A stretch of 64,000 bases of DNA from a virus. Lineage: Duplodnaviria > Caudoviricetes. The notes below the pieces were generated by a model. The model did not search any database. It worked only from the letters and a program-made list of their open reading frames with translations, and was not told the DNA's origin. Both the position numbers and the translations under genes were made by a program. The DNA lies in the IMG/VR virus record IMGVR_UViG_2808606954_000002, positions 18,730-82,729 of that record; one strand, given 5' to 3'. Of this stretch, positions 19,405-28,821 are shown in pieces; within the stretch, counting starts at the first letter, position 1, and every line of letters starts with the position of its first letter.

Positions 19405-19746
19405 ATGACGGGCTGGTATGAAAAAAGACTGCATTGGGAAAGGTCGCGTCCCGGCGAAATCGACCCACACACGGGCACTTTTTACGAGGATTATGTTGCT
19501 TGGTATGATGGACGGCAAGCGGGCCGGATCACGCTGGTCCTTGGCAATATTATGGGTGAAACCTCGTGGCGCTGGTCGGGTGGTTACCCGGCGGGGTATC
19601 GCGGCAAGCCGCTAATGCCAAACACGGGTTATGTTGAAACGGCAAACCAAGCCTGTCGGATGGCTGAAGAGTATTGGTTTGCAATGCTGGCGGGTTGCAA
19701 ACCGGCAACGGATGATGATCGGCTCGGTCAGGGCGGCGCTGATTGA
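19405..19746 (+). CDS. Hypothetical protein (Trp-rich), probably SOS-controlled
   Basis: ORF divergent from 19012-19314 across the LexA box. Confidence 0.6.
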   Translation: MTGWYEKRLHWERSRPGEIDPHTGTFYEDYVAWYDGRQAGRITLVLGNIMGETSWRWSGGYPAGYRGKPLMPNTGYVETANQACRMAEEYWFAMLAGCKPATDDDRLGQGGAD

Positions 19747-19751
19747 AGCCG

Positions 19752-20960
19752 TCAACCATGCTGCCTCCCCTCCCCTTCTCCGTTTTGCTTCAACAGCGCC
19801 ATCAGTACCGGCCCCAGCGAGAACTCGCCCGCCTGCGCCTTGGCGGTCAGGCTGCGCAAATAGCCGCCCGCAGAATTGATCTGCCCTGCCCGCTCTAAAA
19901 TACAGGCCATGGTTATCGCAGCAGCCTCCGGCCCCATGGCCTCGCAGGCCTGCTGATAGGCCGATGGGCTGACGCCAAGCATGGACCGCACCACCACGGC
20001 GGCCGCCATCAGATCGCGCCAACCGGATACCGCGCCGCCCGGTCCATAATCGCCGATCTGCGGGCAGGCTTTCAACACCATGCTTAAGGGGTAGGTTTCC
20101 GGCTTGCGCTGTTTTGCCGGTTCCAGCCGTGCCGGTTCCGCCATCATATTTTCTTGGCCGTTTAATTCAAATTCATAGGTAGATTCGGTATTTGAATTCT
20201 GTATGTGTGCGTCATTGTGGTTGGCATTGGTGGGCATTTTTTCGGATTTTAATTGCATTTCCAGCCGGTTAACGACCTCTTCGCGCAAAAGCTCCATCTC
20301 GTCGCGGATCTCCATCACCTCGCCCATGGTGGGGCGGCGCGGCAAGCGGGCGAGAATGCTGATATAATGGTCCTCGGCTGCGGACCAATTGCCCTCGGCC
20401 CCCTCCTCAATGGCGGCGGAAATCAGCTTGCGCACATCGCGGCGGCAAATGGTGAGCGCTTCCTTTGCGCGTTTATAGGCGCGGGCCTCATCGGCCACGG
20501 CTTGCGCAAGCTGGGCCAGCTCACCCGCGCGAATAAGCAGCGGTGCCAGGCTAAAGCCGAAAGCGGCTTCAATCTCACCTGCCCGGTCGCGGTGGGCGTA
20601 GCGCTTGCCGTTTGGGCTATCGCGGCGCTCAATCAACCCCGCCTCAACCAAGGCCGCCAAGGCCCGGCGCAATGTGCTGCCTGATATGCCATGCGCGCGG
20701 ATGGAAAGCTGTGCGTTGCTTGGAAACACAACAAGCCCCATGTCCTCGGAAAGTTCGGTTTCAGGATAGAAGCTCAACAGCGCATTTAAAACCGCCATGG
20801 CTCTATCTTGCAGGCCAAGCTTTTCGCGCGCTTCGCAAGCATCACGAAACACCCGCCATTTATCCACCGCCCTGCCCGGCTTTGCTTCGGCCCGTTCCAT
20901 CTGGCCTTTCACCAAAGCAAGCTTCGCCGGTCGCCGCCCAAACGGCGTCGTGATCTGCAT
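19752..20960 (-). CDS. repC: Plasmid replication initiator RepC
   Basis: MQITTPFGRR, LVFPSNAQLS, RRDSPNGKRY, FGFSLAPL and INSAGGYLR motifs; AT-rich internal tract at about 20140-20260 (RepC origins lie inside repC). Confidence 0.97.
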   Translation of the reverse strand: MQITTPFGRRPAKLALVKGQMERAEAKPGRAVDKWRVFRDACEAREKLGLQDRAMAVLNALLSFYPETELSEDMGLVVFPSNAQLSIRAHGISGSTLRRALAALVEAGLIERRDSPNGKRYAHRDRAGEIEAAFGFSLAPLLIRAGELAQLAQAVADEARAYKRAKEALTICRRDVRKLISAAIEEGAEGNWSAAEDHYISILARLPRRPTMGEVMEIRDEMELLREEVVNRLEMQLKSEKMPTNANHNDAHIQNSNTESTYEFELNGQENMMAEPARLEPAKQRKPETYPLSMVLKACPQIGDYGPGGAVSGWRDLMAAAVVVRSMLGVSPSAYQQACEAMGPEAAAITMACILERAGQINSAGGYLRSLTAKAQAGEFSLGPVLMALLKQNGEGEGRQHG

Positions 20961-21029
20961 ATGGGTCATTGCTTCCTTCACCTTTCAAAAGGCAAAAGAA
21001 ATCCGCTCACCAAATGGCGTCAAAGACTC

Positions 21030-21058
21030 TTGACTATGATTCTTGGAAATGCGATTCT
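21030..21058 (+). promoter_or_regulatory. Promoter of the repABC counter-transcribed RNA
   Basis: TTGACT-ATGATTCTTGGAAATGC-GATTCT closely resembles the conserved ctRNA promoter of repABC replicons. Confidence 0.8.
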
Positions 21059-21064
21059 CTAACT

Positions 21065-21118
21065 GCTTACATCAGAGAGGGCTTCCACGGTTCGCCGTTT
21101 GGGGGCCTTTTTCTTTTT
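21065..21118 (+). ncRNA. repABC antisense ctRNA (incA/repE type); ends approximate
   Basis: Lies in the repB-repC spacer, antisense to the operon; GGCTTCC..GGGGGCC hairpin followed by a T-tract. Confidence 0.8.
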
Positions 21119-21123
21119 GCCGG

Positions 21124-22104
21124 TCAGTTTCCTTTGTTAAACTCGTCGTACAGTTCTGGCATGCGCGTCATCAGATACTCTGCAAACGCCTCATTTTGAG
21201 TCCTGTCAATCTCAATCCTGCATTGTTTGCCTCTGAGCGCCAAGGATGCAATCTCTTGCCCGTCGCGGCTTTTGGCAATTTGTGGGGCCTCGCTCTTTGT
21301 GGCGGGCCGCTGCTTGGCAGATGCAAGCGCGGCCTTGAAGCGGTCATCTGACGATTTATGCGCAAAGGTGCTGTCTTGCGTGGCCTTGCGCACTTGCGGC
21401 TCAACCGTGCCTGATTTGAGCAGATCGGCCAGCTCTTGCCAGCGCGGGCGGCCAATCTTTGGCGCGGGGCCAATGGCCTCAATCAGCCATTGCGGCACGA
21501 CCGCAGCCACGGCAATCAGCTTTGCCGCCTCGGCCCGATCCACCGCCAAAGCCGCCTGAATGTCAGACCGCTGAAAACCCGCGCTCTCCAGCCGGTGCGC
21601 AAAGGATGCGCGCTCAATAAAGCTTAAATCCTCACGCGCCGAATTTTCCACGCCTTGCGCGATTATCAGGCTTTGGTCATCCAGATCACGCACATAGGCT
21701 TTAACCGGGATGCCTAGCTCTCTAGCTGCCTGCGCGCGGCGATGGCCGTACGCAATCTGGTAGCGGCCTTGTGCGGTTGGGTGCGGGCGCACAAGGATGG
21801 GGATTTCCTGGCCATTGTCTGACAGCGATTGCTTAAGCTGTTCAAGGGCGGCTTTGTTGCCCGATGCCAAGCGATCCGCAAAAGGTGAGGGGTCCAGATG
21901 GGCGGGGTCCAAATCAGCGGCCTGCCCACCTTGCGCAAGCAAGCGGCGCAACTCTTCGTTTTCGGCCTCGATGCTGGTGAGTGAGCCTTTCATGGCCTGC
22001 ACCGCGCCGCTTGCCACGCGCTTTGATGTGGGACGGGCTTGCGGCTCTGTGCCTTCGTCGCCAGCCTTGAACATGCCGCGAATAGAATTCATGCGCGAAC
22101 TCAT
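21124..22104 (-). CDS. repB: Plasmid partition protein RepB (ParB family)
   Basis: GQEIPILVRPHP, YQIAYGHRR and ENSAREDLSFIERA motifs. Confidence 0.95.
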   Translation of the reverse strand: MSSRMNSIRGMFKAGDEGTEPQARPTSKRVASGAVQAMKGSLTSIEAENEELRRLLAQGGQAADLDPAHLDPSPFADRLASGNKAALEQLKQSLSDNGQEIPILVRPHPTAQGRYQIAYGHRRAQAARELGIPVKAYVRDLDDQSLIIAQGVENSAREDLSFIERASFAHRLESAGFQRSDIQAALAVDRAEAAKLIAVAAVVPQWLIEAIGPAPKIGRPRWQELADLLKSGTVEPQVRKATQDSTFAHKSSDDRFKAALASAKQRPATKSEAPQIAKSRDGQEIASLALRGKQCRIEIDRTQNEAFAEYLMTRMPELYDEFNKGN

Positions 22105-22121
22105 TGGCCTGCCCCTTTCAT

Positions 22122-22139
22122 TGTTGTCAGCTGACAACA
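22122..22139. promoter_or_regulatory. parS centromere-like site
   Basis: Perfect palindrome TGTTGTCAGCTGACAACA matching GTTNNCNGCNGNNAAC, in the repA-repB spacer. Confidence 0.85.
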
Positions 22140-22168
22140 TATCAAGTGTTTGATTTTATTGATGTGGG

Positions 22169-23386
22169 TCATTTTTTGCGACCCCACACCGCCTCGATCA
22201 TGTCAATCACTTCATTGTTGACGGCATTGATTGACTCCATGGCGCGCTCATAGACATTGCGGCCCACGGTGCCAGAGGTCAGCTCATAAAGCGACTGTTT
22301 GGTCAGGCCAGCGTTGGCGATGGCGGTGGATTTCCACGCGGTCGCAGTCATCACATCCTGCCCGAATACATCACGCAACAGCGAAACAATCTCTTGCTCT
22401 GGCACGTCGCGCGGGTCGTGGCGGGTCACCAAAAATCGCATGAAATCATAATCCAGCGCGCCGCCCGCCTCCTCAATCACGGCCACAAGGTCAGAGGTCA
22501 TCAGCAAAAACTGGCTCATGGATGCCACATCAACCATTTGCGGGTGCACGGTCACAATCATGCCGGTTGCGGCATTCAGTGCGCCCATGGTCAAAAAGCC
22601 AAGCTGCGGCGGGCAATCAATCACCACCACATCAAAATCGTCTTCGACCTCGGCAATGGCCGATGCCACGCGCCGAAAGAAAATATCGTGCGGGTTGCCG
22701 CGATTTTGCATCATGTAGCGCGGTGTCTGGTGTTCAAATTCCATCAGCTCCAGATTGCCCGGCACGATGCTAACGCCGGTAAAATAGGTGGGCCGGATAA
22801 TGTCACGCATTTTCACGCGCTCGTCGTCGTAACGAATGGCCGCGTAAAGAGTGCTATTTTCCGCAACGTCAAATTCTGGCTGATAGCCAAACATGGATGA
22901 TAAGGACGCCTGCGGGTCCAGATCGATCGCAAGAACACGCAAGCCTTGCAAGGCCAGCCCTTGAGCCAGATAAAGCGATGTGGTGGTTTTGGCAGACCCG
23001 CCCTTGAAATTGGCAACCGTGATGATTTGCAGCTTCTCACCGACCCGGCGTTGCGGCCAAAATTTCAACGCCTCTTTTGGCCGCGCCTCGGCCAGATAGG
23101 CGCGCAGCTCCATCACCTGGTCCAGCGTGTACGCGCGCCGCCCGGCCCGGCCAATCTCTGGCGCTGGGCCTAAGCCGTCCAGCGAGAGCTGACGCAAATA
23201 GCCGTCCGACACATTGACAATGTTTGCAACCTCGCCACTGGTGAAAGAGCGCAAGGTTTTTTGCGCCGATGGCGGAAAGGCGCGCTCACCAACGGCCCGC
23301 AAGCGCGCAGAAAGCGCCTCGGCGCGCTCGGTGATTTTCGATGCCGTGCTCATAGCTTGCGTACTCTCTACAGCGCTCATTTTCAT
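22169..23386 (-). CDS. repA: Plasmid partition ATPase RepA (start codon uncertain)
   Basis: NFKGGSAKTTT, IDLDPQASL and IDCPPQLG motifs; N-terminal HTH. Confidence 0.97.
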   Translation of the reverse strand: MKMSAVESTQAMSTASKITERAEALSARLRAVGERAFPPSAQKTLRSFTSGEVANIVNVSDGYLRQLSLDGLGPAPEIGRAGRRAYTLDQVMELRAYLAEARPKEALKFWPQRRVGEKLQIITVANFKGGSAKTTTSLYLAQGLALQGLRVLAIDLDPQASLSSMFGYQPEFDVAENSTLYAAIRYDDERVKMRDIIRPTYFTGVSIVPGNLELMEFEHQTPRYMMQNRGNPHDIFFRRVASAIAEVEDDFDVVVIDCPPQLGFLTMGALNAATGMIVTVHPQMVDVASMSQFLLMTSDLVAVIEEAGGALDYDFMRFLVTRHDPRDVPEQEIVSLLRDVFGQDVMTATAWKSTAIANAGLTKQSLYELTSGTVGRNVYERAMESINAVNNEVIDMIEAVWGRKK

Positions 23387-23497
23387 CTCAGACGTTTCTA
23401 GCTCGTTAAACGCATTATTTCCGTTTTCAAAATGCACACGATTCTAATGTGGTTGCAAGATGTTTTTCGTAAATGAATGGTAAACGCATTGATTTGA

Positions 23498-23541
23498 CAT
23501 GAAAAAGCCGCCTCAAAGGGCGGCTTTCTCTGTTTTGGGGC
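23498..23541 (+). repeat. 44-bp direct repeat / terminator, copy 1
   Basis: CATGAAAAAGCCGCCTCAAAGGGCGGCTTTCTCTGTTTTGGGGC, identical to 24880-24923. Confidence 0.95.
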
Positions 23542-23550
23542 GTGTGCCCG

Positions 23551-23976
23551 TTAGGCGGCTTGGCGAACTGACAAGACAATCTCTTGGCCAAGGGCCTCAA
23601 GCGCATCGGCCATAACGCCGATTTTAGAAGCGTGATCGGGGTCCAGTAACCGGCGCGCTTCATTTTCTGTTTTGCCAATGCGGCGCGCCAATTCCGTTTT
23701 TGAAATCCCCGCCTCATTGAACGCCTGGATCAGTGCAAGCTTTGCCGCCACATCGGCCACGACCGCAATGTCGTGGCCTTCCTGTGCCACAGGGGCGGGC
23801 AGGGGGCGGCCTTCCTGCATGATACCGCGCAGGGCAAGGCCAAGGGCTTCTCTGGCGCTTGCTACGGCTTCCTTCATTGTTTCCCCGTGGGTGATGGCCT
23901 CTGGCACATCGGCAAAGGTCACCACAAAGCCGCCGTCCGGATCTGTCTCAATTGTTGCTTTATAAGTGTATTGCAT
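23551..23976 (-). CDS. hicB: HicB-family antitoxin with C-terminal HTH
   Basis: GGFVVTFADVPEAITHGET..EA and KTELARRIG motifs. Confidence 0.9.
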   Translation of the reverse strand: MQYTYKATIETDPDGGFVVTFADVPEAITHGETMKEAVASAREALGLALRGIMQEGRPLPAPVAQEGHDIAVVADVAAKLALIQAFNEAGISKTELARRIGKTENEARRLLDPDHASKIGVMADALEALGQEIVLSVRQAA

Positions 23977-24034
23977 AGGTTGATGCCTTCTTTGTCACTT
24001 GATGATGATGATGTGGAATGAGGCGGGCTTGGCA

Positions 24035-24229
24035 TCATTTGATGCCAAGCTGTTTCTTGATAAGGCCTACATAGAGCGGGGTCATTTCGCCGGATTTTAT
24101 CGTGGTCGATTTTCCGTTGAGTGTTACCCGATAGTGAGAGCCTTTCCCGTTGTCTTCGAAAACCTCAAATTCCCAACCGTTGGATTTTGCTATTTTGCGA
24201 AGCTCTCTGAGAAGTTGTTCTCGCTTCAT
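24035..24229 (-). CDS. hicA: HicA-family toxin
   Basis: 64 aa; MKREQLLRELRK..GKGSH motif; SD AAGGAG upstream; precedes hicB. Confidence 0.88.
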   Translation of the reverse strand: MKREQLLRELRKIAKSNGWEFEVFEDNGKGSHYRVTLNGKSTTIKSGEMTPLYVGLIKKQLGIK

Positions 24230-24576
24230 TTCCTCTCCTTTCCTGCAATTATGTATCGCACATTTTTGTGCGTATTGCAAATAAAATCGCACAAATTTGT
24301 GCGTTTTATTTTGAAGAAAATGAGGGTGCCCCAGTATGCAGGCCAAGATTATCGCACTCCGACTGGCGTATTCATCTGCTCCACTGCCAATCGCGATCAG
24401 CGACAGAAAATTTCTGTTGCATCCATAAGGGAGGCAAGCTATTTTAGGAACAAGGCGTATTCTGAGTAGGTCACGAAACCGAAATTTTGAGCCCGTTCGA
24501 CGAACCTATGATCCCACGTTAGAGGGAGATTACGGTTCGTCCGTGTCTCCTGCTGTTTATTTATAAGGAGATACGC

Positions 24577-24765
24577 ATGAAAGATCGGAAAAAAAATTAT
24601 AGTAAGTTCCAAGCCAGCTTTGTTGCTGGCTGCGGCATTTGCGCGCTTATTATAGCAGTGGTGATTGCTGTTGTGCCTTTGCCAGGAGATACACGCTTAT
24701 TAGTGGCGATTTTCCAAGCATTCTTCTTACTGTTTGTGAACGGTAGCAAAGGATTATTGAAGTAA
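24577..24765 (+). CDS. Small two-TM membrane protein
   Basis: 62 aa with two hydrophobic helices; SD AAGGAG upstream. Confidence 0.55.
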   Translation: MKDRKKNYSKFQASFVAGCGICALIIAVVIAVVPLPGDTRLLVAIFQAFFLLFVNGSKGLLK

Positions 24766-24879
24766 GGCCGTGTTGAAAGGCGGCCAAGTGCTTGACAGCA
24801 TGTCACACTGTCACCTTCTTGGATCAAGCGAGGCCTTTCAGCTCTCATTCGTACACCAACGTTCAATGCATAGATTTCG

Positions 24880-24923
24880 CATGAAAAAGCCGCCTCAAAG
24901 GGCGGCTTTCTCTGTTTTGGGGC
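24880..24923 (+). repeat. 44-bp direct repeat / terminator, copy 2
   Basis: Identical to 23498-23541. Confidence 0.95.
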
Positions 24924-25046
24924 AGGGGAGGGGCATTCATGGCGGCGGTTTGCGGGCTTTATCCACTTTGGCCAGCCAGCGGCCAAGGCTTTCTGGGTTA
25001 TACCAACAAACCCAGATGATAGCGGAAATGGTGGTTACAAGGAACG

Positions 25047-25895
25047 TCATGGCTGGGCTTCCAATCCCTTGCGCCGTTCCAGCTCGGCAGCAATCATGGT
25101 TTCGGCTTCGGTTTCTGTTGCTGTGTCCACCTCAAAATTATCATCGCTATCAGCGTCAGGTGCCGGTGGCAGAAAAGCGTAATATCTGGTTTCAACAACG
25201 CCGCCCCGCGAATATTCCAGCACTTCGCCCGGTTCCAATTCCAGATTCTCGGCGATGCCGCCGGGTGATCTTGCGGCGGCCTCGCTGCTGGTGTCATCGC
25301 TCGGCCAATACCAATCGCATGCGGCCATTATCTTGGCTGTGGCGCTCGCTTGGCTTTGCAGCTCCGCTATCTGCTCGGTCTTATCAAACAACGCAGTTTT
25401 TAGACGAAAGATCATGCTGATTAGCATGTGGGCATCGATAGAGCTGATCACGGCTGTCTTGCCGCTATTGGGGTTGCCGACCTGTTTGACAATCTTTTCG
25501 ATGACCTCGGATGCTTTTCCCCAACTCTCACTTGTTGGCATCTGTGTGAGCTTTGTGGTCAACTCGTTGGCGTCACTGGTGGCGTTGAACTTGCGGATAA
25601 CGGCCTGCTCAAGATCAATATGCGCTGTGTAAGCCACAAGCGTGGTCGTGTGGATCACATCGGCCAGTTCGTCGGCCAGCTGCTCAAACGTAGCGCGTGA
25701 TCCGCGCCAGCCAAGGCGCTCACGCTCCAGCTTTTTGATAATGTTGCAGGCCTCGCCAACCTCTCCGGCCAGCTCATTGCCGCGAAAAGAGAGATCGGGC
25801 ATTTGATCCGGGCACCATTCCGCCTGACGCGCGGCGTGGGCGGCGGCGAGGTTGCGAAATGTCAGTGAGTTGAAAGCATCAAGGTTGCTTGTCAT
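25047..25895 (-). CDS. MazG-like nucleotide pyrophosphohydrolase with C-terminal extension
   Basis: ELAGEVGEACNIIKK..LADELADV motif; ATGA coupling to the upstream gene. Confidence 0.8.
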   Translation of the reverse strand: MTSNLDAFNSLTFRNLAAAHAARQAEWCPDQMPDLSFRGNELAGEVGEACNIIKKLERERLGWRGSRATFEQLADELADVIHTTTLVAYTAHIDLEQAVIRKFNATSDANELTTKLTQMPTSESWGKASEVIEKIVKQVGNPNSGKTAVISSIDAHMLISMIFRLKTALFDKTEQIAELQSQASATAKIMAACDWYWPSDDTSSEAAARSPGGIAENLELEPGEVLEYSRGGVVETRYYAFLPPAPDADSDDNFEVDTATETEAETMIAAELERRKGLEAQP

Positions 25896-26983
25896 GCTGC
25901 CCTCCTTGGGAAACCGTTGTGCTCGACGCCATCCAGCAAGCGACCGGCCTCGGACTTTTTGAGTTTGAGCCACATCGGGCCGTCTGGTGATTTCTTGCTG
26001 TCAAGCCAGCCAAACTTGTCGGATTTTTTCAGCCACCGATCATGTTTGTTGGAGGATGCGGCGGTGAAAAATACGCCGTCGCCGTGATCCTCGGCTGTGC
26101 CGCCAAGGTGTGCGCCCCATTGCTTAAACAAAAACGGCACCCCTGCGGCTGCGCATTGATCGCGCAATGACCGCGCCCAATCTGGATGCATAGGCCGGGC
26201 ACTTTTGCCGCTTTCGCCGCCTGCTACGACCCAATCAAGTCCGGGCTTGCATCGCTCATCGTGATGATGGTGCAGGTGGCGCGGGCAATCCGGTGTCCCG
26301 ATGCCATAATGCTCTCCGCCACAGCCACGTTGCCCGCCAATCCATAGCGTACCGCCAAGTGTGCTGACTAAATCAATTGGTCCCAACAGCGGCTCCGCGC
26401 TGATCCACCGCACGGCGGAGGGGGTGTCCAGCAAAATCGGAATGCGCTGATCTGCATGGCGTTGATCCTCGACCGATACGCCAAGCCAGACGTTTGGCAG
26501 GGGCATTTCGAGCGCTCCCTTTCTGTTGCCAAGCCCAAAGGGTATAAGGTTGATTGCCTTACAGAGCGCGGTATTGCCCATGCCGTTGCGGGAAACTAAA
26601 TATTCCCGCATACGCTCCGGCCTCTTGGTCAAAACCTGAAACGTATGCTGCGGTGCCAGCGCCATGACGGCAAAAATCTGGTCAAGCCAATCGTCTTTCA
26701 CGGCCTCGGCAAACAGATCGCCATGCGCGACAACGAAAACCATGCGCGGCTTGGACCATTGCAACGGCTGTAAAAGCCATTGCTCGTTAAACCGTACCTC
26801 GCCTGTCCAGACGTGCTTGCCGTTGACTTGCTGGGTCAGTCCCTCGCGGCTGGGGTGATTGCGCAGCCGTGTGCCAGCCAGATTCATCGCATAGCAATTT
26901 GTGCAGCCCGGCGATGTGATCTTGCAGCCGGTGATGACCTGCCAAGTGGCGTCGGTCCATTCGATCTTGCTGTTATCCGCCAT
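25892..26983 (-). CDS. Phage Gp37/Gp68 (DUF5131) family protein
   Basis: SKIEWTDATW, GC..SPGCTNCYA, FQVLTKRPERM, WISAEPLL and PFLFKQWG motifs. Confidence 0.9.
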   Translation of the reverse strand: MADNSKIEWTDATWQVITGCKITSPGCTNCYAMNLAGTRLRNHPSREGLTQQVNGKHVWTGEVRFNEQWLLQPLQWSKPRMVFVVAHGDLFAEAVKDDWLDQIFAVMALAPQHTFQVLTKRPERMREYLVSRNGMGNTALCKAINLIPFGLGNRKGALEMPLPNVWLGVSVEDQRHADQRIPILLDTPSAVRWISAEPLLGPIDLVSTLGGTLWIGGQRGCGGEHYGIGTPDCPRHLHHHHDERCKPGLDWVVAGGESGKSARPMHPDWARSLRDQCAAAGVPFLFKQWGAHLGGTAEDHGDGVFFTAASSNKHDRWLKKSDKFGWLDSKKSPDGPMWLKLKKSEAGRLLDGVEHNGFPRRAA

Positions 26984-27699
26984 CACCCAACCTCCTTGAT
27001 CTGATCTATGTTTTGTTTGATGACGCGGAATGTGTAGGCCGCAACCCATGGGTTAGGGTAAATGTAATGGGGTTTACCGCGATGCGTTTCTGTACGGCGG
27101 GTGCCGTCCCACGGAAAGCTCTCAAAATGGCTGATCTTGCCATCGCCGCCCGTCACTGGCTTCGGCTTGGTGTTGATGCTATTCCAGAGGATGGCATAGG
27201 CTTGCTTTGGGTTTGTCGCGTAATGGCTATCCGCATCCGTGCCGTAGTGGATCAATGGCCCGTCAAGCTTGTGAATGCCCTCTGCAATTGCATCCGCCTC
27301 ACTAATATCCTGCAAGCGCTCTATTCGCACGTCTGTGACAGTCAGTGTGATACGGCTGGCCCAACGCGGCATGAAAATGGATGGCCGCCAAGTATAGCCG
27401 CGCGCTTTCGCGTCAAGATCAGCGCAGGGGTCTGTTGCGGCAAAGCGCAGTTCGCACGGCTCGTGCTTGGTTGGTTTAAAATCGCCAAACGTCAGGCCTT
27501 GCCACGTTTCTTTGACCCAAAGCCGGTCGCCAACCTGATATTTGGTGTTAAACGCACCTGTTGCGACCTGGACTGAAATATCATCATCAAAATCAAATGG
27601 CGGCGGCGGGGTAAAGATTCGGCGGGTTTGCGTCTTTCGATCATCCAAGAGCGCGCGGACCATCGGGCCGCTAAAAAGGATTGGTTTATCGGCCATCAC
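26983..27699 (-). CDS. Phage ASCH/PUA-like protein
   Basis: PILFSGPMVRALL..RKTQTRR, WRPSIFMPRWASRI and NPWV motifs. Confidence 0.7.
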   Translation of the reverse strand: MMADKPILFSGPMVRALLDDRKTQTRRIFTPPPPFDFDDDISVQVATGAFNTKYQVGDRLWVKETWQGLTFGDFKPTKHEPCELRFAATDPCADLDAKARGYTWRPSIFMPRWASRITLTVTDVRIERLQDISEADAIAEGIHKLDGPLIHYGTDADSHYATNPKQAYAILWNSINTKPKPVTGGDGKISHFESFPWDGTRRTETHRGKPHYIYPNPWVAAYTFRVIKQNIDQIKEVG

Positions 27700-28103
27700 G
27701 CACCTGCCTTTTCTGAAAGCTTATGCTTGTCGATGGCCGCAATCGCATGGTCGTAGCCCGCCATGACTGCGCCTTTGACTTCGTTGCGCGCAATTTTGCG
27801 AGCGCGGGGCGTTGATAGGTCAAAGGCCTGCACGGTCATGATGGCCAGCGCTTCGCCGGTCATCATCCATAGGGCCGTTTGCAGCTGGATGGGGTCCAGC
27901 GAAAACTTGATGTTTGCGCTATTCACGCTTTCGACCACAGCGGCGGTCATAAAGCGACCGATGTGCAAGAGGCATCTTTCGTCTTCTGTCAGCGTCGTGT
28001 CTGGATCTTCAACCGACAGGGCCATCAAATCCAATATCTCATGGCCTTGCGCAAATTTATGATCAATCAGTTCAAAAAGGCCTTTCGTTTTTGTTGCCAT
28101 CAC
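27696..28103 (-). CDS. Hypothetical phage protein
   Basis: Translationally coupled within the early-left operon. Confidence 0.6.
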   Translation of the reverse strand: MMATKTKGLFELIDHKFAQGHEILDLMALSVEDPDTTLTEDERCLLHIGRFMTAAVVESVNSANIKFSLDPIQLQTALWMMTGEALAIMTVQAFDLSTPRARKIARNEVKGAVMAGYDHAIAAIDKHKLSEKAGA

Positions 28104-28303
28104 GCACCCCCCTTGATCATTTTAACCTTGCTGATTGCCAAGCCTTCGCGGCTCCCACGCTTGCGGGCCTCGGCTGGGTTTCCGGCGCTAACGTCTGCGG
28201 TTGAGCCGTCCGAAAAATGCAGGCGGAACGGGGTCAGGTTTTCGGGATTTGTGGGATAAGCCTCATTATGAGACTTGGCGTCTACTGTGCTTTGTTCTGC
28301 CAT
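28100..28303 (-). CDS. Hypothetical phage protein
   Basis: 67 aa; coupled to the next gene. Confidence 0.55.
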   Translation of the reverse strand: MAEQSTVDAKSHNEAYPTNPENLTPFRLHFSDGSTADVSAGNPAEARKRGSREGLAISKVKMIKGGA

Positions 28304-28821
28304 TTTCTGAAATCTTTCTTGAGGTTAGCCCATTTGTGCGCGGCGGCCTGGTCGTGGTCGAGGTCGCTGCGGGAACCGATATTGAGAATTGAGCGCACAC
28401 GGTTGGCGGCGGCGTCTTTGCCGGTGCTTTCCAGCCCGTGGCACTCGCGAAGAAAGGCTTGAAATTCAGCTTTTGCACAAAGCATGGCGCAATCACGCGC
28501 AAGCTTTGGGGCCTTGAGCTGGTCATTCTCGGCCTGCAACCTTGCGGCCTGTTGTTGGGCCTCGGCAACCTGCTGTGTGCGCCGGTCCAGCAACACCAAA
28601 AGTGCCGCCGCGTTGCGATAGGCATTGATGACCAATTCCGCGTCGTCAAACGGTGGCGACTTTGCCAGCCGCGCCACCGGCAAAGCCGGAAACCCATGGC
28701 CTTCGCGGGTCAAAATTGTCCGCTCACCGTTATGGTCCACAGCAACGGACCATTCCGGTGCGGCCAAGGCCACGGTTTGGCGGATTTTCGGCAACAGCGC
28801 GGCGGCCTGTTCTACGTTCAA
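28282..28821 (-). CDS. Hypothetical phage protein
   Basis: TTG start at 28821 overlaps the upstream TGA; SD GAGGAG. Confidence 0.6.
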   Translation of the reverse strand: MNVEQAAALLPKIRQTVALAAPEWSVAVDHNGERTILTREGHGFPALPVARLAKSPPFDDAELVINAYRNAAALLVLLDRRTQQVAEAQQQAARLQAENDQLKAPKLARDCAMLCAKAEFQAFLRECHGLESTGKDAAANRVRSILNIGSRSDLDHDQAAAHKWANLKKDFRKWQNKAQ

